Source of the DNA: an uncultured Enterobacterales bacterium
GTDB taxonomy: Bacteria; Myxococcota_A; UBA796; CAJQPC01
Direction of reading: 5' to 3'
Assembly: GCA_964567625.1 (NCBI GenBank)
Contig: CAZMNK010000005.1
Span: 343 to 64,342 of the forward strand
Length of the DNA stretch: 64,000 bases
Of the stretch, positions 56,070 through 64,000 are shown one piece after another. Every line of letters starts with the position of its first letter. Positions within the stretch are counted from its first letter, which is position 1. The notes under the pieces are model-generated. The model worked only from the letters and a program-made list of their open reading frames with translations, ran no database searches and was not told the origin of the DNA. Made by a program: the position numbers and the translations under genes.

Positions 56070-57046
56070 GCGGACCCTGGGTCACCCCACTGGTCATCGG
56101 TTTTGTGCTCGCCAATGCGGTGATGCTCGGCACGGCCTGGTTGATGTGGTTCGAGCGCAAGTTCGCCGGCCGGATGCAGAACCGCCCGGGACCGACCGAG
56201 GTGGGTCCTTTTGGTCTGCTGCAGCCCATCGCCGACCTGGTCAAGCTGCTGCAGAAGGAGGACATCGTTCCGGACAAGGCCGATCGGGGCCTGTTCAACT
56301 TGATGCCGCCGCTGACGGTGACCTTCACCTTGACCATGCTGGCGGTGGTGCCGTTCTCGGACACCATCGTGGTGGCCGACCTGAACGTGGGACTCCTGTT
56401 CCTGTTGGCCATGGGGTCGATCCTGATCCTGCCGGTCTGGGCAGCGGGCTGGGCCAGCAACAACAAGTACGCCCTGCTCGGGGCGATGCGTGGGATGGCC
56501 CAGGGCATCTCCTATGAGATCCCGATGATCCTCTGCGCAGCGGTGCCGGTGATCTACGCAGGGTCGTTGAACCTGGGAGAGATCGTGGCCGCCCAGCAGG
56601 GGTGGCGGTGGTTCCTGTGGTACCCGCTGGGTCCGGGCCTGGTCGCCTTTGGGCTTTTCCTGCTGTGTTCGCTGGCCGAGGCGAACCGGATTCCCTTCGA
56701 CATTCCCGAGGCCGAGGCCGAGCTCGTGGCCGGCGTGTCCACCGAGTACACCGGCATGAAGTTCGGGCTGTTCTACCTGGCGGAGTACCTGCACACCTTC
56801 ATCTCCGCGGCGTTGGCCAGCTGCCTCTTCCTGGGGGGCTGGGAAGGCCCGGGCCCCGACGGCGTGCACTGGATGCTCTTCAAGACCCTGGGGCTCTTTG
56901 TGGGGGTCTACTGGGCCCGGTGGACCCTGATGCGTTTTCGTTCCGACCAGCTGCTCCGGATCTGCTGGGTCTGGTTCCTGCCGGTGAGCCTGGTCCTGGT
57001 CGCGGCGGCGGGGACCTGGACGGCTCTCGTGGGGATGCCCTCCTGA
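56066..57046 (+). CDS. nuoH: NADH-quinone oxidoreductase subunit H
   Basis: ATG 56066 forms ATGA with the nuoD stop. WFERKFAGRMQNRPGP, and EAEAELVAGVSTEYTGMKF. Confidence 0.9.
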   Translation: MSGPWVTPLVIGFVLANAVMLGTAWLMWFERKFAGRMQNRPGPTEVGPFGLLQPIADLVKLLQKEDIVPDKADRGLFNLMPPLTVTFTLTMLAVVPFSDTIVVADLNVGLLFLLAMGSILILPVWAAGWASNNKYALLGAMRGMAQGISYEIPMILCAAVPVIYAGSLNLGEIVAAQQGWRWFLWYPLGPGLVAFGLFLLCSLAEANRIPFDIPEAEAELVAGVSTEYTGMKFGLFYLAEYLHTFISAALASCLFLGGWEGPGPDGVHWMLFKTLGLFVGVYWARWTLMRFRSDQLLRICWVWFLPVSLVLVAAAGTWTALVGMPS

Positions 57047-57576
57047 TGTCTGAACCGATGCTGGCGGCGATGTGGACCACGATGAAGAACGTGTTCCGGA
57101 ACAAGACCACGGAGACCCTTCCGTGGAAGGAGACCCGGGCCCGCAGGGATCGCTATCGGTCGACCTTTGCCCTGGTGCACAACGAGCAGGGTGAGGAGGC
57201 TTGCATTGGCTGCAAGATGTGTGAGCGCATCTGCCCCAGCGACATCATCACGGTGGTGGCGGGCGGTCGAAAGGAGAGTCCGGTCACCGGCAAGAAGCGG
57301 GGCTATGCCGACGACTTCATCCTGGATCTGAACGCCTGCATCGTCTGCGAGCTCTGTGTCCAGGTCTGCCCCGAGGACGCCATCCTGCACCTGCGTGTGC
57401 CCCAGGGCCCCGGCTACAGCCGCGAGGACCTGGTCCTCACGATGGACAAGCTCTACGACAACGAGAAGCGGGAGGCCACCACCTGGGGCACGGGCACGGG
57501 TCTCGTGGCCATGCAGGACCCCAAGCGGGGCCTGGAACCGGAAGAGCCGCAAGGATCGGAAGGGGGAGGGTCGTGA
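57046..57576 (+). CDS. nuoI: NADH-quinone oxidoreductase subunit I (2x[4Fe-4S])
   Basis: TGATG overlap with nuoH. CIGCKMCERICP and CIVCELCVQVCP. Confidence 0.88.
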   Translation: MSEPMLAAMWTTMKNVFRNKTTETLPWKETRARRDRYRSTFALVHNEQGEEACIGCKMCERICPSDIITVVAGGRKESPVTGKKRGYADDFILDLNACIVCELCVQVCPEDAILHLRVPQGPGYSREDLVLTMDKLYDNEKREATTWGTGTGLVAMQDPKRGLEPEEPQGSEGGGS

Positions 57577-58055
57577 TCGGTTTCCTGCTGACGGCTGTGG
57601 TGCTGCTGTTCGCTGCGGTGAAGGTGGTGACCAGCCGTGACCTGGTCCGGGCGGTGCTCTGGCTGGGGGTGACGCTGGTGGTCACGGCTGCGGCCTATGC
57701 CCAACTGGCCGCCGACATGCTCGCCGCCATCCAGGTGATGCTCTACGCCGGAGGGGTGGTCACCCTGGTGCTCTTCGGGGTGATGCTCACCCCTCGGCCC
57801 GACGACGAGCGGCCGACCGTGGAGATGGTGAAGCCCATCCGGGGGCTGGCCGTGGGGCTGCTGTTCTTCTTTGTCCTGGCGATGGCCCTGGTCCAGACCC
57901 CCTGGCCCGCTGGTCCAGGGTTGATCTCTGACTCCCAGGGGGTGGGCCGGCTCTTCCTGACCGAACACCTCCTGGCCTTCGAGGTCCTGAGCGTGCTGTT
58001 GCTCGCGGCCATGATCGGTGCGATCACGATCTCCCGACGGAGGGATGCGCCCTGA
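57573..58055 (+). CDS. nuoJ: NADH-quinone oxidoreductase subunit J
   Basis: 160 aa, GTGA overlap. AAIQVMLYAGGVVTLVLFGVML. Confidence 0.85.
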   Translation: MIGFLLTAVVLLFAAVKVVTSRDLVRAVLWLGVTLVVTAAAYAQLAADMLAAIQVMLYAGGVVTLVLFGVMLTPRPDDERPTVEMVKPIRGLAVGLLFFFVLAMALVQTPWPAGPGLISDSQGVGRLFLTEHLLAFEVLSVLLLAAMIGAITISRRRDAP

Positions 58056-58357
58056 TGGCTGGTGTCCTTCCCTGGCTCCTGTTGAGTGCTGCCCTGTTCT
58101 GTACCGGGCTGTTCGGGTTGCTGACCCGCAAGAATGCCCTGGGCCTCCTGTTGTCCGTGGAGCTCATGGCCAATGCCGTGAACCTCAACCTGGTGGCTCT
58201 GGGCGCTTTTCGCGGCGACCTGGTGGGCCAGGTCATCGCCCTCTTCGGCATCGCCTTGACCGTGGCCGAAGTCGTGGTCGGACTGGCGCTGGTCATCCAG
58301 TTGCACCGGCACCAGAAGTCCGTCGATGTGGACAGTGCTCGGGAGCTGGCGGGATGA
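58055..58357 (+). CDS. nuoK: NADH-quinone oxidoreductase subunit K
   Basis: 100 aa. LLSVELMANAVNLNLVA. Confidence 0.9.
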   Translation: MAGVLPWLLLSAALFCTGLFGLLTRKNALGLLLSVELMANAVNLNLVALGAFRGDLVGQVIALFGIALTVAEVVVGLALVIQLHRHQKSVDVDSARELAG

Positions 58358-60180
58358 CCTGGGGCGCCTGGATGTTGCCGCTGCCAGCCCTGGTGCTGTT
58401 GGCGCCCTTGACGGCCTTTGCGCTGGTCGCGCTCATTCCCCCCTTGCGTCGGCGGGGCCGGGTTGCCGGGCTCGTCGTGGTCACCGGTTCGACCGTGTCC
58501 CTCCTGGCGGCGGTGAGCCTGCTCTGTGGCCAACACGGCCTGGACCAGCCCCTGTCTCGCCAGGTCTGGCGCTGGCTCCCCTCGGCAGGCCAGGACCTGG
58601 CCCAGGTCGGGTGGCTGGTGGACAGCACCTCGGCGCCCATGCTGGTGGTCGTGGGGTTGGTGGCTCTGTGTGTGCAGGTCTACAGCTTCAGCTACCTGGA
58701 GGATGAGCCCGGCCCCGCCCTGGGGCGGTACTTCGGCTGGCACGCACTCTTTGTCGTCGCCATGCAGATCCTGGTGTTGGCCCCGAACCTGCTGCAGGCT
58801 TTTGTCGGCTGGGAACTTGTGGGCCTCTGCAGCTACCTGTTGATCGGGTACTGGTGGAAGGAGGCCCATGTCGGCAAGGCGGCGGTCAAGGCCTTCTGGG
58901 TAAACAAGGTCGCGGATGGCGGCCTGTTGCTGGGGCTGGTGGTGTTGGTGGGGGCCACGGGGACCTTTGCGTGGGACCCGACTGGTCTCGATCCGGCCGT
59001 GCTGACCGCCGTGACCCTCCTGCTGTTCGTGGGAGTGATGGGCAAGTCGGCCCAGGTCCCTCTGCACGTGTGGTTGCCCGACGCCATGGCGGGTCCGACG
59101 CCGGTCTCTGCGCTGTTGCATGCGGCGACGATGGTGGCGGCTGGGGTCTTCCTGGTCGTGAGGGCCTGGCCCCTGTTCGAGGGGGCCGAGACCACGCTGA
59201 TGGTCCTCTGCTGGTTTGGGGGCATCACGGCCTTTGCTGCGGCCTGTTTCGCGCTTGTGGAAGACGACGTGAAGAAGATGCTCGCCTTCAGCACCTGTTC
59301 CCAGCTTGGCTACATGGTTGCGGCCCTGGGCGCGGGGGCGATGGTCGCTGGCTACTTCCACCTGACCACCCACGCGATGTTCAAGGCGCTCCTGTTCCTG
59401 GGAGCCGGTTCGTTGATCCACGCGGTGGGCAGCAACTCCATGGCGGCGATGGGTGGACTGCGCAAGCAGATGCCCTGGACCTGCCTGTTGTTCGTGATCG
59501 GGGGGCTGGCACTGGCCGGCATTCCACCCCTGGCGGGCTTCTTCTCCAAGGACCTGGTGCTGGAGGGGCTGATGCGCTCCGGTCACTGGGGTCCCTTTGT
59601 GCTGTGCCTGGCGGGTGTGCTCCTGACGGCGGTCTACACGGGCAGGGCCCTGGTGCGGATCTTCTGGGGAGAGCTGCGTAGCCCGGAGGCCCATCCCCAC
59701 GAGAGCCCGGCGCTGATGCTGCTACCGATGGTGCTCCTGGGGGTCGCGACGGTCGTGGTCGGCTTCCTGGGAGCCCATTTCTCAGTCCTGGTGACCGGGT
59801 CTGCAGAAGGCGGAGCCTTCCACATCGGACCGGTGGGAATTGGCGGACTGGTCCTGGCCCTGGCCGGACTGGGGATCGGCAAGTGGCTGGCGGATGGTGG
59901 CAGCCTCTCGGCCCTGGCCGGGGTGGCGGCGCAGATTGCCAGCAGTCCTCTGGACCGCTTCTACGAGACGGTCTGGCGGCGGGTGGTCCTGGTGGCTGCC
60001 GCGGGTGTGGCATGGATCGACCGCTACGTGGTCGATGGCCTCATGAACCTGGTGGGCTGGGCGAGTCTGTGGGGTGCAGAGCGTGCCCGGAGACTGCAGA
60101 CGGGCCTGGTCACGGACTATGTGGCCGCGGTGGCGGTCGGCGTGGTCGTGCTCGTGCTGTACACCGTGGGAGGGCTCTAG
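58354..60180 (+). CDS. nuoL: NADH-quinone oxidoreductase subunit L
   Basis: ATG 58354 forms ATGA with the nuoK stop. 608 aa antiporter-like subunit (WELVGLCSYLLIGYW, GKSAQVPLHVWLPDAMAGPTPVSALLHAATMV). Confidence 0.9.
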   Translation: MTWGAWMLPLPALVLLAPLTAFALVALIPPLRRRGRVAGLVVVTGSTVSLLAAVSLLCGQHGLDQPLSRQVWRWLPSAGQDLAQVGWLVDSTSAPMLVVVGLVALCVQVYSFSYLEDEPGPALGRYFGWHALFVVAMQILVLAPNLLQAFVGWELVGLCSYLLIGYWWKEAHVGKAAVKAFWVNKVADGGLLLGLVVLVGATGTFAWDPTGLDPAVLTAVTLLLFVGVMGKSAQVPLHVWLPDAMAGPTPVSALLHAATMVAAGVFLVVRAWPLFEGAETTLMVLCWFGGITAFAAACFALVEDDVKKMLAFSTCSQLGYMVAALGAGAMVAGYFHLTTHAMFKALLFLGAGSLIHAVGSNSMAAMGGLRKQMPWTCLLFVIGGLALAGIPPLAGFFSKDLVLEGLMRSGHWGPFVLCLAGVLLTAVYTGRALVRIFWGELRSPEAHPHESPALMLLPMVLLGVATVVVGFLGAHFSVLVTGSAEGGAFHIGPVGIGGLVLALAGLGIGKWLADGGSLSALAGVAAQIASSPLDRFYETVWRRVVLVAAAGVAWIDRYVVDGLMNLVGWASLWGAERARRLQTGLVTDYVAAVAVGVVVLVLYTVGGL

Positions 60181-60182
60181 AC

Positions 60183-61742
60183 ATGGGCCTGTTGTCCCTG
60201 ACCGTGCTCTCCCCCATGGTGGCGGCGGTCTGTCTGCTGTTCATTCCCTCGGTGTCCCGGGCGGTGGTGCGGCTGGTGAGCCTGTGCGGTGCGGGGGTGT
60301 CCCTGGTGGGCGCCCTGCTGGTGACCGCTCGCTACGACCTGGCGGTCGGCGGCATCCAGTTGCGGGAGCAGTGGGACGTGGTGCCGAGCCTGGGCATCTC
60401 CTGGAAGCTGGGGGTTGATGGCTGGGGGGTCTCCCTGCTGCTCCTGACCGCCGTGATCATCACGGCCGGTGTCTGGGCCACCTGGACGGAGGAGCGCCGG
60501 GCCAAGGAGTTCTACGCCTGGCTGCTGGTGCTCGTCACCGGGGTCTTTGGGGTCTTTGTCTCCCTGGACCTCTTCCTGTTCTTCTTGTTCTACGAGATCG
60601 CGGTCCTGCCGATGTACCTGCTCATCGGCATCTGGGGCAGCACCAAGCGGGTGGAGAGCGGAGGGCCCTTCCGCTTTGCCTACGACCTGCTGGATGTGGG
60701 CGGCAAGGAATACGCCGCCATGAAGCTGACGCTGATGCTGTTGGCGGGCTCGGCCCTGATCCTGGCCACATTTTTCGGCATGGTCAGCCAGGGCCCCCTG
60801 ACCTGGGACCTGGAGGTACTCCAGGCCCGGGAGTACAGCCGGACCTTCCAGCTCATCGCTTTCCCGGCCCTGTGGGTGGGTTTTGGTTCCCTCGCCGGGC
60901 TGTTTCCCTTCCACACCTGGTCGCCTGATGGCCATGCCTCGGCCCCCACTGCGGTGTCCATGCTGCACGCCGGGGTGCTGATGAAGCTTGGGGCCTTCGG
61001 GGTCATTCGCGTGGGCATGGTCTGCCTGCCCGAGGGCGCGACGGCCTGGGCCTTCGTGGTGGGCACTGTGGCGGTGGTCAACGTGGTCTGGGGGGCGATC
61101 TCGGCCATGGGCCAGAAGGACCTGAAGTACGTCGTCGCCTACTCCAGTGTGAGCCACATGGGCGTGGTCATGCTGGGGGCGGCCACGATGACGATCGAGG
61201 GCTGGAATGGCGCCGTCTTCCAGATGTTCGCCCACGGAGTCATGACGGGCCTGTTCTTTGCACTCGTGGGGCTGGTCTATGAAAAGTCCCACTCTCGCGA
61301 GATCTTCGCGATGGGGGGCTTTGCCAGCAAGATGCCGGCGGTGGCGGTGTTCTTCACCATCGCCTGTTTGAGCTCCCTGGGCCTGCCGGGAATGGCGGGT
61401 TTCGCAGCGGAACTGCTGGTGTTTGTGGGGGCCTGGAACAGTGCCCACGCATGGTGGGCGATTCCGGGGATCCTGGGGGCGGTGATCACCGCGTTCTACG
61501 TGCTGCGGGTCTCCCGGGCGATTTTCTGGGGTGAGGGGCCGTCTGAGAACTTCCCGGATCTTGTGGACTGTCGAGGCACTGAATGGGTGGCCCCGATCAT
61601 GCTGACGGCCTGCATCCTGCTCTTCGGCCTGGCCCCGGATCTGCTGCTTCGATTCATTGACGTCTCCACCGTGGAACACCTCGGCTGGCTGACGGAGCAT
61701 GCTGACGGCGTGGCAACTCTCGTGGAAGGGGGTCAGCCGTGA
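60183..61742 (+). CDS. nuoM: NADH-quinone oxidoreductase subunit M
   Basis: ATG 60183 lies 2 nt after the nuoL stop. 519 aa (FFLFYEIAVLPMYLLIGIWG, FHTWSPDGHASAPTAVSMLHAGVLMKLG). Confidence 0.9.
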   Translation: MGLLSLTVLSPMVAAVCLLFIPSVSRAVVRLVSLCGAGVSLVGALLVTARYDLAVGGIQLREQWDVVPSLGISWKLGVDGWGVSLLLLTAVIITAGVWATWTEERRAKEFYAWLLVLVTGVFGVFVSLDLFLFFLFYEIAVLPMYLLIGIWGSTKRVESGGPFRFAYDLLDVGGKEYAAMKLTLMLLAGSALILATFFGMVSQGPLTWDLEVLQAREYSRTFQLIAFPALWVGFGSLAGLFPFHTWSPDGHASAPTAVSMLHAGVLMKLGAFGVIRVGMVCLPEGATAWAFVVGTVAVVNVVWGAISAMGQKDLKYVVAYSSVSHMGVVMLGAATMTIEGWNGAVFQMFAHGVMTGLFFALVGLVYEKSHSREIFAMGGFASKMPAVAVFFTIACLSSLGLPGMAGFAAELLVFVGAWNSAHAWWAIPGILGAVITAFYVLRVSRAIFWGEGPSENFPDLVDCRGTEWVAPIMLTACILLFGLAPDLLLRFIDVSTVEHLGWLTEHADGVATLVEGGQP

Positions 61743-63163
61743 TGGCCTTGCCCGATCTGGGCCCGGTGGCTCTGGAGCTGTCCCTCCTGGCCCTGGCTCT
61801 GCTGGTCTTTGTCGCTGACCTGCTGCTGCCCGCCGAGCAGAAGCGTGGGTTGGGGGCGCTGACCGCCCTGGGGCTGGGAGCCATTCTGGCGGCCAGTTGC
61901 TGCTGGGTTCGGCCGGAAGGGGTGACCTTCTGGGGGACCTATGTGTCGGATGGGGTCGGGCTCTACCTCAAGCAGGTTCTCCTGGTTGCGGGTCTCCTGG
62001 GGGCGCTGGGGTCCATCGACCATGTGGACAGGCACTTCCCGGCCCGACAGGGCGAGCACTACCTGATGATGCTCTGCTCTCTGACGGGCATGCTGCTCCT
62101 GACGGGGGCCCGGGACCTGCTGTTGTGGGTCGTGTGTTTCGAGCTGGCGGGAATTCCGCTGGTCGTGTTGGCGGGTCTGAACAAGGACAGGCGAGGTACT
62201 GAGGCCGCGCTGAAACTGTTCTTGACCACCGCTGCAAGCAGTGTGTTCACCCTGTATGGCTTCTCCCTCCTGTGGGGATTGTCCGGTTCCACGGTGTTCT
62301 CGGAGATGGCTGTCATGGGGGTCGGTCCCCTCCAGGCCCTGGCCCTGGCGATGGTGTTGGCCGGGGTGGCTTTCAAGCTGGGCGTGGTTCCCTTCCACCT
62401 GTGGATGGCCGACACCTACGAGGGGGCCCCGACGCCCACGGTGGCCTTCTTGAGTGTGGCGCCGAAGGTGGCTGCCTTTGCCGGACTCATCCGACTTCTT
62501 CTGGAGGGCCTGTTGCCTCTCCAGGCGGTCTGGGGTGGTGCCCTGATCCTGCTGGCCACGGTCACCCTGGTGCAAGGGAACCTGTCGGCGTTGGCCCAGA
62601 CCGATTCTCGTCGGCTCCTGGCGCTCTCAGGGGTGGCCCACATGGGGCTCATGTTGATGGCCCTGGCGGTGGGGACCGCAGAAGGCCTGGGGATGCTCTG
62701 TTTCTACGCCCTGGCCTATGCGTTGACGAACATGGGGGCGTTTCTCGTGGTGTCGGTGGTGTCTGAGGCTGAGGGCAATGCAGACCTGGGGGCCTATGCG
62801 GGCCTGGCCAGAAGGGCTCCGGCCCTGAGCCTGGCCATGCTCATCTTCCTCCTGTCCCTGGGCGGCATCCCGTTCGTGGCGGGGTTCTGGGCCAAGGTCC
62901 TCCTGCTCTGGGCGGCGTGGACGGGCGGCCTGTTCCTGCTGGTCGTGCTCGCGGTCCTGCTCGCGGTCCTGGCGCTCTTCTACTACCTGAAGATCGCCCG
63001 TTCCATGTACATCGTCGAGCAGGGGCCGGACACCGTGCCGAGACCAGGTCCGGCGATGGCAGGGGCCATTGGCCTGTGTGTGGCCGGTGTGGTTCTGCTG
63101 GGCGTGTGGCCGGCACCGTTTGTGGAGACGGCCCTGTCAGCGGCACGTGCCCTGGGGTTGTAG
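61739..63163 (+). CDS. nuoN: NADH-quinone oxidoreductase subunit N
   Basis: 474 aa. Start is GTG 61739 or ATG 61742, overlapping the nuoM stop. FKLGVVPFHLWMADTYEGAPTPTVAFL. Confidence 0.9.
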   Translation: MMALPDLGPVALELSLLALALLVFVADLLLPAEQKRGLGALTALGLGAILAASCCWVRPEGVTFWGTYVSDGVGLYLKQVLLVAGLLGALGSIDHVDRHFPARQGEHYLMMLCSLTGMLLLTGARDLLLWVVCFELAGIPLVVLAGLNKDRRGTEAALKLFLTTAASSVFTLYGFSLLWGLSGSTVFSEMAVMGVGPLQALALAMVLAGVAFKLGVVPFHLWMADTYEGAPTPTVAFLSVAPKVAAFAGLIRLLLEGLLPLQAVWGGALILLATVTLVQGNLSALAQTDSRRLLALSGVAHMGLMLMALAVGTAEGLGMLCFYALAYALTNMGAFLVVSVVSEAEGNADLGAYAGLARRAPALSLAMLIFLLSLGGIPFVAGFWAKVLLLWAAWTGGLFLLVVLAVLLAVLALFYYLKIARSMYIVEQGPDTVPRPGPAMAGAIGLCVAGVVLLGVWPAPFVETALSAARALGL

Positions 63164-63169
63164 CCAGGC

Positions 63170-63568
63170 GTGTGGGTCTACGCGGCGGTTCTGGTGGGGG
63201 TGACGGCCGTTGCCGTGATTCAACTCAACCGCTTGAGGAGCCACCGACACCCCGAGATCTCGCCAGAGGCCCTCCAGGCCGCTGCGGATAGCGGCCAGGC
63301 GATGATCGATGACGCCCTGGCCCGTGCTGCACCGGTGGGCGAGGGACTTCCGGTGAGCCACAGCAGCAGCTACGGGTGGCCGAAGTTCGAGGTCCACCTG
63401 GGGAACTCGGCAGCCCTGGCAGCCCTGGAGGAGAGTGGTGGAGTGGAGACACTCCGGGCGGCCTTTGGGGAGGCCGTGGCGGCGCGAGGCGGCGACCTGG
63501 GCGATGGGAGGGTCTTCGACACGAACCTGGGGGTTGTCTTTCGGGTCGACTCGGAGGAGCAGGGATGA
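63170..63568 (+). CDS. Hypothetical membrane-anchored protein (132 aa)
   Basis: GTG start 7 nt after the nuoN stop. One N-terminal TM (WVYAAVLVGVTAVAVIQL). The stop overlaps the pirin start (ATGA). Confidence 0.4.
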   Translation: MWVYAAVLVGVTAVAVIQLNRLRSHRHPEISPEALQAAADSGQAMIDDALARAAPVGEGLPVSHSSSYGWPKFEVHLGNSAALAALEESGGVETLRAAFGEAVAARGGDLGDGRVFDTNLGVVFRVDSEEQG

Positions 63569-64000
63569 CCACTCGTGTCCTCGAGTCGATTGTGCGTGGC
63601 CAGCCCACCTCCGATGGTGCCGGTGTTCGGCTGACCCGGATCATTGGACAGGCTGCTCTACGTCACCTGGATCCATTTCTCCTCTTTGACGAGTTCCGAA
63701 GCGACGACTCAGAGGACTACATCGCCGGCTTTCCGCCCCACCCCCACCGGGGATTCGAGACGGTCACGACCATGTTGGCCGGTTCCATGCGTCACCGGGA
63801 CAGTGTGGGAAACGTGGGGTTTCTGGGGCCCGGAAGTGTTCAGTGGATGACTGCCGGCCGCGGCATTCTCCACGAGGAGATGCCCGAGCAGGAAGCAGGG
63901 CTGTTGTGGGGCTTTCAGCTCTGGGTGAACCTTCCGTCCGACCGCAAGATGACCGAGCCTCGCTACCAGGACATATCGGTGGACGAAATCCCCGAGGTCC
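63565..64000 (+). CDS. Pirin family protein (5' partial; runs off the window end)
   Basis: Own translation from ATG 63565: MTTRVLESIVRGQPTSDGAGVRLTRIIG...DPFLLFDEF...GFPPHPHRGFETVTTMLAGSMRHRDS...QWMTAGRGILHEE (pirin cupin His motif). No stop before 64000. Confidence 0.85.
   Translation, partial: MTTRVLESIVRGQPTSDGAGVRLTRIIGQAALRHLDPFLLFDEFRSDDSEDYIAGFPPHPHRGFETVTTMLAGSMRHRDSVGNVGFLGPGSVQWMTAGRGILHEEMPEQEAGLLWGFQLWVNLPSDRKMTEPRYQDISVDEIPEV

Overview
High-GC (about two-thirds G+C by eye) bacterial chromosomal window. It is gene-dense, with about 57 protein-coding genes, most of them chained into long operons by ATGA / TGATG / GTGA start-stop overlaps. I recognised no rRNA, tRNA, CRISPR array, integrase or transposase. 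Several features suggest a Myxococcota/Bradymonadia-like lineage (inference only): lipoprotein leaders of the form C-T-G-x-x-x-D-[ST]-G-D, MopE-type Cys/Asp repeats, a PrkA-YeaH-SpoVR operon and Exb/TonB cassettes.

Gene content, left to right:
- larB-larC operon with a sensor-like protein and a secreted protein
- S41 protease
- MopE-repeat lipoprotein with a D/T/G/S tandem repeat
- HDOD / degenerate-GGDEF protein
- Cys-less HMA-like lipoprotein
- PI-PLC-like and PNGase F-like lipoproteins
- tlyA-ispA-exbD-exbD-exbB-tonB-tonB_C-xseB block
- ABC-F ATPase and SDR oxidoreductase
- XPB helicase with a p52/Tfb2-like partner
- pruA
- PEP-utilising (rifampin-phosphotransferase-like) enzyme
- orphan dam
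- glycan cluster (three GT2, His-tailed DMT transporter, rfbB, rmlC-like, CPBP protease)
- prkA-yeaH-spoVR plus one extra ORF
- SulP transporter and a metallophosphoesterase
- ACP plus B12-radical-SAM, convergent with an alpha-oxoamine synthase
- yigZ
- Asp-box propeller lipoprotein and a MopE/LTD protein
- 11-gene nuo operon (A-B-C-D-H-I-J-K-L-M-N, no E/F/G), followed by a small membrane protein and a pirin

Most worth a second look:
1. the XPB + p52-like + WYL-like module
2. the ACP / class-B rSAM / alpha-oxoamine synthase neighbourhood
3. the orphan Dam with two perfect palindromes upstream
4. the PNGase F + PI-PLC lipoprotein pair
5. the lar operon coupled to an ATPase-less sensor protein

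All family assignments come from motif recognition by eye. No database search or computation was run.
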